Positions 11,801 through 23,943 of a stretch of DNA of 64,000 nt are shown one piece after another. The DNA comes from Amoebophrya sp. A120. Its lineage: Eukaryota; Protista; Dinoflagellata. The stretch is from the NCBI GenBank assembly GCA_905178155.1, contig CAJINV010000001.1, forward strand, positions 7,075,794 through 7,139,793, given 5' to 3'. The translations under genes were made by a program, and so were the position numbers. The notes under the pieces were generated by a model that was not told the origin of the DNA, ran no database searches, and worked only from the letters and a program-made list of their open reading frames with translations. Within the stretch, counting starts at the first letter, position 1; every line of letters begins with the position of its first letter.

Positions 11801-14800
11801 GGGTTGCTCATGATCGCCGGGCCTCTGGGGACACAGACGTGGAATCTGCCCACAAAACTGGTATTGATGGTTTTTTTTTTCTTCTCCGTTTATTCATTTA
11901 AGGCTCGCGATTGAATTTTGAGTACCGAAGAAAGCTATTGCATGCCTGCATCTTCTGTCCAATATATTACAAAAACCTTCTGACCAGGTTTCGAAGCTCA
12001 CCGTTCGCGGCGCGGGCATGACTGCCGGCGATATTCTCCGTCTGGTCCCACAGGGCACCACTTGCGCCGGCAACGTGGCGCCCTCGCCAACGTATAAAAC
12101 CGGCTGCCCCAGCGTTGAGGGGACCGGCTGTATTACGGGAACCAATTGCCCAAACACAGCGGACGGGACGAGTTGCCGCGTCGCGGGCATGACGGGCATC
12201 AACGGCGGTTTGGGATCGTACCTCTCGCTGCAAAACATGCGCAAGAGCAACATGTCGCCCGCCACGGGGATTTACCGGGTGCGCGCGGACTACTCCACAA
12301 ACACCATGACGGTGTTGGAGTTCAATCAGGTGATCCAGGGCCGCGGACTGGAGAACGGTGACACGATCATTATCGACAAGGCGGACATCAAGTTTGTCAC
12401 CGACACCGCTTACACGTTCGCGCAGTGGAAGAGCAACTCGCGGATGCGGGAAGCGGCGGATGTTTTCACGAATGACTACGCCTTCATGGACAAGTCCGAC
12501 GCCACGAACTACGGCACCGCCACCAACGCGATGGGGTGGAAAATCACCTTTTTCGACCACACCGGCATCGCTGCCACCGATAAGGGAAAGTTCATTTCCA
12601 TCCCGCTACCGTGGTCGGGTGAGTTCGGCGTCGTCAGCGCTAACATCCGCTACCCGTTCGTGATAGAGTTCGCGGGCGGTTCGGGCGGCTGGAGCCGCAC
12701 GAACGTGATCCGCACGAACACGGAGATCAAGGGCATCGAGCAAACCGGGGATATCTCGGGACCCCTGAACGTGTGCTGGGGGCGGCTGAACTCGGGCACG
12801 CCCGAGTTCTACCAGTCCGCGGGCGAGGTGTCGTTCTTCCACCCCAACAACATGACCAGCGCCATGCTGTCCTTGACGAGTTCCGCGGAGTCGGTGACTG
12901 CGCCGGCGATCATCACGTTCCAAACCTCCGGGCTGCGAACGGAATACGCCACGTACTCTGTCGGGAAGAGCTATCACACAGAAAAAAGCTGGCAGGGCAT
13001 CTATTTGTAATGCAAAAATAAATACGCAAAAGATCGGCATTGCAAGTCCAAAACAGTATGCTATGGGGCCACCCATGACAAATTTTTGTGTGTTTTCATT
13101 TTTGCATTACAAATATGCCCTGCCAGCTTTTTTCTCTGGGATAAGAGCCACAAGCTGGTGCTGCGGTTCCTCGACACAATTAAGTTCGAGGCGTACCGCA
13201 ACTCGGAGCTGCCCAGTCACACCTCGGCCATCGCGGCGCTCGCCGGCAGCACGTTTGTTTACGAGGCGGACGCGAAGCAGAGCGTGTGCGGGCAGCTGTT
13301 CGTGGAGCTGTGGTCGTCGGATTCCGAGGGCTTTCCGTTCCCCAAGGGCTGCTACTACTCCGGCAAGTACACGGATCTGGAGGAGGGCGGCGGCGAGACC
13401 ACGTGGAGGGAATTCACCATCATCTTCGAGAAGAGCAGTGGCATCAAGCACATGTATATAGCGTCTTTGGATTTATTTTTGTTTCATCTCTTGACACAGC
13501 AACGCCAACGCATGTCCATGTCCATCTGCATCCCCACTCTGTAGTGTAATCTGTATGCATAGTTTTCGTGGAGTTCGAGTTTAGTAGTAGCGAGCCAAGC
13601 AATAGCAACATGAGCATTCAAAAATCAACAGCTGTCACGACGACTCGGGCGCTGCGATTGCCTGCGAATACCAGATGGTAATCTACGGGCAGCCCAAGCC
13701 CTCGCTGGTGCAAGGCGGCAACTACGTCGATATCTACACCAAGTGTGATGGATGTGCGACTGACGGCAGCGATATCATCTTCGAGTCAGGTAAGTGGAGG
13801 TCATGGACCATCTATTTTTTTCTCTCTGTCTTCCGATTTGAAGGAGCGTTATTTTATCGCGAGTTTAATCATGCAGTTGCGGGCTGGATAGCTGAGTGCA
13901 TATATCAAAAACAACAGGTGCCACGGTTCTGAACGTGGATGCGCCCCTCGTGGGCGGTGTTCCCTCCACGCAGCCGCAGGCCGGAAACAGTGACCCGGGT
14001 ATCGAGGAGTTCAAGGTGATCTACGACAGTGGTGCCGCCTTTCGCGACCTGGGTGTCGGCGGCCGGTACGCGACGTTTGACGTCCGCATGGTCGCAAAAT
14101 CCGTGCCCCGAGCGATCAAATCCGAGAACGTCATCCGGTTCTACCTCATGCCGTTGTTGCAGTGGTCCCTGTCCGCGACGACGTCCACCGTCAGGTGTAT
14201 GGACCACTTTTCCGGTTTGATCAGTTACAAGTGCGGCGCCATCGGGTCAGACGCGAACCCGACCCTTTCCGCAACGAATGTAGCCTTGGCCCCGCAAACG
14301 CAGAACCAGATCGACAAGAATCAGAACGCCCGGAGAAACAGTATCAAAATCGTGATGCCGGCGAACATGAAGGACTTCGTCACGGATCAGACCACGCACA
14401 TTTTGAAGTTCGTCGGGCTGGAAACCCCGAAATCCGGCTTCTTCAACAAGCGGTGGGGGATTCAACTGTCCAAGAAGGACGACACGGCGCCATCCTGGTC
14501 CTGGACGAACGGGTTTTTTTTGAAAGAGCCGGATGTCGGCCAGAGCAGCGGCCGGGTCGTGATTAACGGGCAGACGGGCTACGGTCCGAAGCCCTTCAAA
14601 GGGGAGTCGGGGAATATGGTGTACGTGCGGATGCAGTTGGGCGCGACGATCTGGAACAACGGAAAGCCGGATGCAGGGACGTTCACCTTGAAACTCCCCG
14701 CCGCGAGTGGGAAGGCCTACACTTGTTCCGTCGAGCAGGCCGCGGGAATGCGACGGGGCGAGGTGCCCACAGACTTACCCCCGTTCTACGATTTTGACCA

Positions 14801-17800
14801 GGACGGGTACCTGGATGCGAACTTCGGTGTTCTCGGAACCCACACCACCGAGGGGTACTGGGCGGCGCAATCCGGGCCGGATTGCGATTACTTCCTGAAC
14901 AGTTACCAAACGATCCACGCCGGACAGGTGTTCTACATCGCTTTGACGGTCAAGAACCCGGACAATGCCATGACCAAGGACGACCCGTCCAACGAGTGGA
15001 GAATAAAGATGCGCAGCAAGGGGGTAGGTGGCGACTCCGCCGTGGATATGCCCAACACCGGTGGGTACTCGTTCTTAACCACGGGAGAGAATTCCGTGAA
15101 CACCCCCGGAAGGCCGAAGCTGTGGTACAAAAACCTCGGCGTTTTAGACGAGATCTCGCAGCCGGTGCTGCAGCCTTTGTCGCTAATGGCGGGGACGGTT
15201 GCGGCGCCCCGGGAGACGCAGCTTTACGTGTTCTTCCAGACGATGTCGTTCATCGGGCGCATGGGCTTCGTGAAGCTGGACGCCCCGTGTGGGTACGACT
15301 TCGGCTCCGCCTGCAAGGTCGCGTCCCTTCCACCATTCTACTACGATTTCGCGGATGTTTCGGTCACCCCAACGAGGAACTTCACGCGGATTGAGAACTG
15401 TCAGGGCAAGAACCTCGTAGATTTCTGCGGCACGACCACGACGAAGTTCAACCGCGCGAGGATTATGGTTGGGGACAACATTGTGAAGGAGGCGAAGTAC
15501 GGGTTTCAAATCACGGTGACGGTGGGCACGGAGTACGTCCAGTCTACGCAAAACCAGTGGAAGCTGTTTTTGTCCGACAATCGCGATTACGCGATCGACG
15601 GTGTGAAAGACACCCTGAATCTGTTGCGAAATACTTTGGAATCCACCGATGTGGACTATGCAGCGCAGACAGATCGGGCGTTTGGTTTGTTCAAGTCCGA
15701 CTTTGGGCAGATGCCGCTGTCCATCACGATGAACTCCATGTTCCCCACCTCGTTGGCGGGAAATTTCGGGACCATGTTCACGTTCGACGGGCTCGTCACC
15801 GAAACGGCGATTGCAACCACACTGAGGTAGTGACTTCATAAATTGACCGATTCGTGGTTGCGTAAGTGTCAAACCATTTTTCAATTTGAAATGTTCGGGC
15901 ATTTATTTTGTGCCTAAACCTCTTAGCGACTTTTGATTTTGTGCAGCCTCAGAAATTCATTACCCCCTCGCAACAGGATCGTCGCTCCACCCGGTTTCAA
16001 GTTCAATGGTAAGCCAGCAGGGTTGGTGGACACTTTCATCGGGTTCCCGGACGGCACCGCAAACCGCGCGCTGTGGAAGTGCGACGCGCCACCGCTGATC
16101 AAGGACACGATGAGGAATCAGCTGCGGTTCTTCAACTGCCAGTTCGCGGCGAACGTGATGTACGGGTTCTCTCTCGAGGTCGAAGTCCCGGACTACAGTC
16201 CGTCTGACGCGACCAACACATTCATCGTCGAGATGGGGTTCCAGGGTACGGATATCACCGGTTCCGGTACCTCCACGCGGTTGCATGCAAAGATGATTGA
16301 CGCGCCGATGGTGAAAGCGGTTCGGAACACGCTCGTGGACTACAGTTCCAACCGAGCGCAGGACACGCAGAAGATGACCATCGACATGCGGCTGGTCACG
16401 GCGTTGACAACCTTGGACGACGGTATCGTGATTGTGGGCGACCAAAACGGGAACAACCAGTTCCAGTTCACCTGCTACTCGGAGACGTTTCCGTTCGAGG
16501 GGTATTTGCGGTTCCCGACCGACTACGGGTGTCAGTTCGCGAACCAGCGGTACACGCTGTACCGGAAGGACCAGGACTTTCCGGCCGGGTACTACAAGTG
16601 GCAGGTGATCGTCGCAAACCCGCTTTCCGCGATCCCGTCGCCGGGGAGCTGGCAGTTTGGCACCTACCATCAGTCGCACAACGGTGGGTACCCAAACAAC
16701 AAGATGGACAAGCCGGTTTTGACGTTGGGCTTCCCGACGAGGGACATGATGCCGGACGCGAAGCTCGTGCAATTCTCCTCGTCGGCAAAGCAGCAGCAAG
16801 TGAACGCAGCGACGAACCGGGACGACAGACCGGGTTACAAAACCAAACCGACGGTCAACTACCTGATCTTCCAATTCACGCTGAAGGACCGACCAGAATC
16901 CGAGGACAAGATCATCTTGCGGGGGCCGAAGGGCTTTGAAATTGCGGATGACTGCACTTCCGGCGTCGTCACGGACGAGAACGAGGTTTTCGGGCCGAAT
17001 TCGGCCGCAACCTGGGACCCGCAGTTCACCAAGTGGGCATCCGCGTATGCCCCGACCAAGTGCGAGGCCGAGGGCAACAGGGCAAACATCACCGTGCCGG
17101 TGGGGCTGGATGCGTCGTCGACCTATGTCTTCAAGTACTTTATTGCGATTGTAGTTGATCACTTTGATTTATGATTTCCCGGTAGCTGCGTCATAGAGCT
17201 GCAAGCACTAGAGATTGATGATTTCCTTTTGTGCTGTTCTACTTCATCTGGATGAAAGATTTTCCACAGCGTTGCAAACCCCTGCCCATATGATATCTTT
17301 CAGGTTGCAAATCCAGAATAATCCGAGCACCACTCCGGACCCGAACTACTGGACGTTAGAGTACAACGGCGAGTCATCTGTGCCCTTCGAGGGCTTCACC
17401 CTCATGACCGCCACCGGCGTTACCATCACACCGGTGTCTTTGTCCGTCCGATCGTCCGATTCTACGAACGTGTTCGTGAACCCAGTGGAATTCTCTTTCG
17501 TGCCCTTCCAGAATGTCCCGGCGAGAGCCGAAAACGACGCGTTCGGCGGTATGGTCCGCGTGCTCGCGCCCCCGGGGTACGAGTATGTCCCACTTGCAAA
17601 CACCAACAGCCGGCGGTTGGAATCGAAGTGCAACGAGGAGCTTGCGCTCCCCGACGTGCTAGAGGCGGACATGGAGGACCTGACACAAAACCGCATCTCT
17701 TCTCGCGGCGAACGCTACATGAACTGCCGGGACGCGGAACTGGCGGAACTGATGGAAAGGCAGGACAACGAGGCGGATGCGGAACGAAGAAGGCTGCAAT

Positions 17801-20800
17801 CCACCTGCCAGGTGGATCTCCGCACGGCGGACGGAACGCTCCGGTTCGTGTCCGGGACCGACGTGATTTGCGACATCACTGGGACGTTGAACGTCGGGAT
17901 GTACCTGTCGGCGAAGATCAAGAGTTCCACCAAGTCAATCATTGCCGGCACGGCGTACAAGATGACGGTCTATCTGTACAACCGGGTGTCCATCGCGTAT
18001 AGTGACAACGGTGGGGTGTTTGAGGTAGAAACGTTTCAAGACGCGGAGGCGAAGACCGCGTTGGACTTGACGCAAGTGCCCGGCTTCCCGACGGTGCCGC
18101 TGATGTACGAGTGGACGGTGCAAAACCCCGAGCAACAGTACATGGGGACGGAACCGGTGAGGAACGTTCTTCTGACGCTTCGTATGCCAGACGCGCTGTA
18201 CGACGGGGACGAGATCTGGATCCTGGCGCCACAAGGGTTTGTGCTGTCTGTCGGTACCACCGGGGCGTGCAACAACTTTCGCTGGGAGGGCGGTACCAGC
18301 CCGCTGCCGGCGTCGCACACCCGGGTCTGCGAGTGCAACGCCGCGTGGACCACGAACGGCGTGCCGCGGTGCGGAATGACCATGGTGATGAACGGGTATC
18401 CTGTGCAAAAGTATCGTTACTCGTATTGCAATCATGCATTACAAATCTGGAGAGACTTAGGCGCCACTTTTTAAGCAGCATCCAGCCCAAGAGACCACAG
18501 GACGAGAGTCCTGCAAGACCGGGCGACAAAAGTAAGAAAACAAAATCAAAAAAGATGGTATAAACGCGCTCTGCTTAACTGTATGAAAGGTGTCGGCCCT
18601 GTGTAACCTGCTGCGGCAGGCAGGTGAATTCGTAGAACTGCATCACATGTTAGGCAACGTCCACCGGCCTCCTAGCTTAGTGATGAATTTATATGCGTAA
18701 ATCGAGTTTCCTGATCGGACCTATGCGGCACGCACATCGAGTTTCCTGGCAGTGTCGACCTGCTGTACACGGCGTAACCCCCGCGAATCACGAGCGGAAT
18801 GCGCACATCCGAATCCGAATCCGTAAACAGAGCGGGGCCCAATGAAAAAAAAAAAAATCATGCATTGCAAATCTTTTTCTTAAGCTAAATCCGCACTACA
18901 AATTTTATCTCTCATGCTGAGAAAATTTGTAATGCATTTATACGAGTTGTGCGATACTTTTGCAGTTCATAACGGGTTGGGTTTGACGACGATTTCCACC
19001 GCTTTCAACGCGTTGAAGTTCCGAATCGACACGGCAAACCCGTCGAAGGTTGTGTCCGAAATCGGGAACTACTGGAAGTGCTCGCACATGAAAAACAAGG
19101 GGAACGTTCTGGTAAACGGGGTGGCACAATTATGACACGATTACAGTGGCGTTTTTGTTGATGCTTTATCGACGAGACCATTGATGCTGAAGAGATGATG
19201 GGCAAGTAAATTAGGTAGTGGGAATGAGTAGGCATGATTTATTGCCCTTGAAAAAATCAAGAAAACAGAAGCACATACTTGAAAATGAAAAATCATGCCA
19301 ACCAAAAACTACAAACTCAATGGAGACAAAACACCAACAATCACGCCCATTTTAAGGCGTCACAACAGACGCAGTACGAAGTAAAATCAGAGCACGCGTT
19401 CCGTTCTTGGACGGTGAAGCCGCAGCTGCAGAATGTTGGGATCTCGATCCACAACATGCAGCGCATGGCGGCGGAAGCGTACACAGACCTTATGTTTATC
19501 TTCCTGGCGGTGAACAACGCAGTTACGGTGAAGATTGAGGCCATGCAGCCCGCCGACTTCAAGTTCGACGCGGCGGTGGTGGAGGGGTTCCAAATAGACG
19601 GAGCGACGGGGAACAACGTGCTTGTCGTCAACAATGCAGACATCTCGAGCGGGCAAACAAAGCAGATTTTGGTGAAAAACGTGAAGCTCGGTGTGCAAGG
19701 TGGCCCAACGGTGTTCAACCTGCGCACCTTTGATCGCGCATTGCTCGGTATAAAGTAAGTTTTGTTGAAGAATAACGAGATGATCGTGCCATGCTAACTA
19801 CAACTAGAATGAAGTTTAGGTCATACCAGAAGATCTCGATTTCACTATCACTTTTGAGCTCGATACTCAAACAACTCAGGTGGCGAGATGCAAGACTCGT
19901 CGGATCTCCAGGACGAGAAGCTGTCCGCCCTCGGTTTCCGCATGCCCGGTCTGTTGTCCGTAACCCCAGGGAGCATGAGATTAGAATCCGACTTTTTGAT
20001 GAACCCGTCTGCCCACCCGGTAGAGTCCATGTTCCCCGCGAGAGAACAGGAGTTAAACACCGCGGTGATGGTGTTCACGGTGTCACAAACCGTATTCGCG
20101 CAGAGTCTCATGCTCGTCACCTGCGAGGGCCAAGACAGGTGAGAAAATGTTTGTCAAGAGGTGGCCACTTTTTTTACGATGGACGCATGTGGTGCATGGT
20201 GAAGAAAACATAAGCAACATCACTCATCAGGGGATATGGATAACATCTGTGTGACTTGAAAAATACAAAACCGAAACCAGGTACACCCTCGAAGCCAATG
20301 GCTTTTCCCTCACTGGAACTGGTAGCATCGAAATCGACGTCGTGCTGAACGCTGTCACCGGCGCGCTGGAAGTTCAGCTGAAGCCCACCGGGGCAAACAC
20401 GGTTTCTGTGCTCGTCCCCGGCGCCAAGTACACCATGCGGTTCCGCACTACCCCGAAGATCGGGCAGAGCAATTGGCGGATTGTGACGTACCAATCCAGA
20501 AGTAGCTTCCAACTGGGTGAGTTGCCGACTAACACGAACGACGGGCTGACCCCCCCGTTCGCGCCGGTGTACACCTTGGGTTTCTCGATCAATCTGATCG
20601 AATCCGCGGCAGGCGTGCCCCGATCACCACCGCAAGCGGAAATCGAGATCTCGTTGAACATCCAAACGAACGGAGCGAGCGTTATGGAGGTAAATTTGAG
20701 ATTATGATGTTTACTTGTTAGTCACGCAGCGGCCGAAGGCATGGTCTTTCTAAAGTTTTTTTTCACAACGTTCTTGTTTTGTTTGTTCTCTAAAGCCGAA

Positions 20801-22381
20801 AAACGAAAACCAAACCCTCAGGTCATCGTGATTGCCCCCGAGGGTTTCGATTTCCCATCCACCTGTGGCGCCACGTGCACGAAATACAACAACGTCGGTG
20901 TGGAAAATAGGAGATCGGTGCGACTGCGCAGCCCGCAGGCGAACGTGCCGCTGTACCAGCAGGACTTAAACAACGTGGTGATTCGAACGATCACTCCCTC
21001 ACTAACGCCGGCACAGAGGAATTGGTATGTACAAACCAGGTCTGGCAGCATGATCGCGGGCGGCATGCAGATCACGGGCTGGGGCAGGACGCAAAACGGG
21101 TTTGAAATCAAGCAGATGGCAAACACGAAACTGTGGTACCCGAGCAGGCGAGCGTTGCAGGGAACGCATTTCGCGTTCACGTTTACACTGGGCGTGAACA
21201 ACGGGCAGAGAATAGAAGTACTTACCTAGCTCTAGGCTGTTGGTGTCGTTTTTGTTTTGAAATTCTGGCCATGACTGTGTTTGTGTGCCCGAAGAGCTGC
21301 TCCATTGGTGCCACGCGATGGCAACCCAGCAAAAACCAAACAGGTCAATCCTCCGATTCTCTATGAGCTGTACTGCAGTACGATGCCCCAGACCGGTCTC
21401 CCAGCGTTATTGCCAATCTCGCTTCCCGGCGACCCCCCGACTTGCATCGACTCCCCGTTGACACTAATTCTTGCTTCCCCCCTCTACGCTGGCACCTACA
21501 GTTTTATGATTGGTGGCGACGTGCCGGCCCAGACACCACCTGTGGGACAGACGCAGTACTTCAGCTTGGTGATCAAGGACAACCTGGGAAAAGTTCTGGA
21601 CGCCGCGTACGATATCCCAGCGGTGAACCCACTGCAGGAAATCCCCGCGGTACGGGCCCACCTCACTTGGCAGGGCGCACCGGCAAGGCTACGGACTGTG
21701 GTCGTCACAATCGGGATCACGTTCGACATGGCAGCAAGAAACGTGGAAGGATTCTTGATCACGTTCCCACCAGGGCTGAGACACGACATCCAAACCAGCA
21801 CGGACGTGAAGAACTTGAACAAAGGTATAAAGTGGTTTGTTTGTTTTGGCGTTTTTTTTTTCACGATAGCAGGGAGTAGCTAAGAAGTTTCATGCGCAGC
21901 CGTTTTGCTTTCAATGAGAATTTATAAAAACAGTTCTTCAATCTCGATCAACCAAAATCACACCACAGCCTTCCCTGTTGCGCCTGCCACTTCCTGGGTA
22001 GACCACGGGAACGACATGTACCTCCGTATTCTGGTCGACCAGAGCGGCAACGTTGTGGCGACCATTCCCGCGGGGACCTACGAGTTCGAGTTTCCGATCC
22101 TCTTCCCGGCCGAGGTCCCGCCAGAAAACATCTGGTACTTCTCGTTGTGCGCGAACCGGCAGTGCAACAGCATCATAGAACAGTCCACGACCGTCATCCC
22201 CATGACCTTTCCCATTGGTGGGTTTCGGGAGGGCGAGGTGTCCATGAACGCGCAACGGACCAGCAGCGCCAGCGGGAGGTGGTCGAAGGTGGGAAGCTCG
22301 GTGTTCGCGACCCTGTTCCTCACGTTCTTCTTGTTTGCGGGCGGTTTTTTCGGCGTCGCAGCCGCTGAGAGACGTGGCTGA
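8868..22381 (+). CDS. Giant secreted/membrane-anchored Cys-containing, beta-rich protein (paralog A), ~3,570 aa, 16 exons: 8868-10136, 10334-10999, 11165-11860, 11988-12971, 13149-13453, 13632-13789, 13918-15826, 15977-17134, 17304-18396, 18977-19111/19120, 19369-19747, 19880-20138, 20281-20689, 20822-21217, 21344-21824, 21969-22381
   Basis: Signal-peptide-like start MRKISLALLGLTALETKG. Phase-compatible GT-AG junctions plus two introners. Recurrent P.GF/NP....N.W modules. Hydrophobic C-terminus VFATLFLTFFLFAGGFFGV. Colinear similarity with the gene at 57214 onward (e.g. FMHGG.Y..C.APDG.F, CYCP/CYCG, EGFP.PKGCYYS, PKLWY.N.GV). Confidence 0.85.
12972..13148. mobile_element. Introner 3 (non-canonical intron, 177 nt)
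   Basis: ~55-60 bp TIR (TATCACACAGAAAAAAGCTGGCAGGGCATCTATTTGTAATGCAAAAAT... / ...ATTTTTGCATTACAAATATGCCCTGCCAGCTTTTTTCTCTGGGATA). Direct repeat AGAGC at 12967-12971 and 13144-13148. Removal gives YSVGKS-HKLVLRF, which aligns without a gap to YSIGYQHQITLRF in paralog B. Confidence 0.93.
18397..18976. mobile_element. Introner 4 (non-canonical intron, 580 nt, carrying a nested insertion)
   Basis: Direct repeat ACGGG at 18392-18396 and 18972-18976. Imperfect ~50-bp TIR TATCCTGTGCAAAAGTATCG..TACTCGTAT..ATGCATTACAAAT / ATTTGTAATGCAT..ATACGAGT..CGATACTTTTGCAGTTCATA. Removal restores the frame MVMNG-LGLTTIS. Confidence 0.85.
18430..18874 (+). mobile_element. Possible poly(A)-tailed retro-insertion nested in introner 4
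   Basis: 19-bp direct repeats AATCATGCATTACAAATCT (18430-18448) and AATCATGCATTGCAAATCT (18856-18874), 18/19 identical. They flank ~400 nt that ends in an A13 run (18845-18857). Confidence 0.5.
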
Positions 22382-23943
22382 GCGATTTGCTGGAAAATTG
22401 CAAGAAGTAGAGATTTTTTTCAGCGGTCTGCTTGCAAAAGTCGCCGCAAAGTACAGCAGTGCAGTCGGAATTTCAGTATAGTGCCATTCTTAATCTTACC
22501 AATCTTAGCTTAATACACCATCCCGTAGTCGAAGTGTGAAAGAATTTAAAGCAAATATGACCAGATCATTGATGCCTTGCAGGTATCGTGAAGAATCTCT
22601 CTTATATCATTCAATTGCTAATAGTGTGTGAATCAGACCAATAACTTTCTTTCCAGTTGATTGCAGTAAATTACGAGCGAGATGATCCTCAATCGAGCTT
22701 TGTTTTCCTAACAGTTTAGCAGACGAGTTTGGTACCCAATCCCAAAAAATCGCACTTAATTCTGAACCTTACTGAAAGTGTCACGAAATAGGATACATTA
22801 GAAAGTATCGCGGGCACAGACTAAAGCAGTCGCGATGCTTTCCCCCCGAGCGTGTGGCGCCACTAGCGCTGCCTCGGCGAATTCGAGATACTCAGTTAAT
22901 AGCAGTTACTACCCAAGGACAGCGCATGGAGGGCGCTGTTTAGGTAGTTGGTTTTCGAACAGCAAACCAAAATCATCTTCGAGTATGTTAGATTTACAAG
23001 CATCAAGCTTTAACCAGCTGCGAGGGCTTAAATACGTAATTACTTAGACCCACCTTTGGTTCTTATCAATCTCTTAGCATGTTGACTATCAGCATAAAAT
23101 GCATTGTACGATACGGCCAGAAGAGCAGTGGTAACTTTTGTTGCCGCCGCCCTGCTGCAGGACCAGAAATGAATAGCAATGCTGTACAGAAATATGCAAC
23201 TGAGCTGTATAATAATTTCAGAAAGTGCGTGGAAGTGCTGCTTCCTGGCCCTGGGCTTGACGACGAGAGTCTATCTGATCAAGGAGATGGGGAAGTGTTT
23301 GGTGATGGAAGAGCAACGATCTCAGTCACGTAGAAGATCTATCCGCGGTCCTTATAGTTCTCCAGCTCAAGGTCTATCTTCTTGCAGTACCAATCCAATC
23401 AAAGTTTCTATTCGCTTCTTTGTCGATTGGGTCGGGCAGATGTGAATGGATCTAGCTGCCGGTTTTGCTGTGGCTGGTGTTAGGAAAAGGAATCTTGGAT
23501 GGTCATAGAAATTGTCGTTATCTGCCACGTCGTTCTCTTACGCTTGAACAAGTCACATGTAAACATCCTGCAGTCCGAGGCCCTGTTGAAGTAGTGCTAC
23601 TGGACGACGAGTTGAAAAAGAAGGCCATTCCACTACCAGAAAAATTTAATTCATAAAGCTACACTGCATTTTCATTTTGATTTTCGAAAATATTGAAGTG
23701 AATTGTTTTATTTTTCGAGGAGCAGGATTTGCCGTTTCGATTCGTCTCCATCGCTGCGATCAACCTGTGAATCAGTGCATGGCTGCTACGATCAGTATTC
23801 TTGAGGCTTTATCCGCCGTTATGGCTACATGAGAAGGTTTGCTTGATCGAAAACAAGCAAGAGCACCGCCCGCTAATAAGTTTCTCCATCCGTGGTGCCC
23901 ATGATGAGTTTATAACCTTTTTGCGATAGTGAATATATCGACC

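Noticed and set aside
15960-17162. Long minus-strand ORFs (e.g. 15960..17162, 610..1584, 52024..53175, 58081..59037, 42166..43191)
   Set aside because: Antisense shadows of GC3-rich plus-strand exons; no motifs and unnatural composition.
22835-23656. Short plus-strand ORFs between paralog A and the RNF213-like gene
   Set aside because: I could build no consistent splice model and found no motif; they may be relics but are unsupported.
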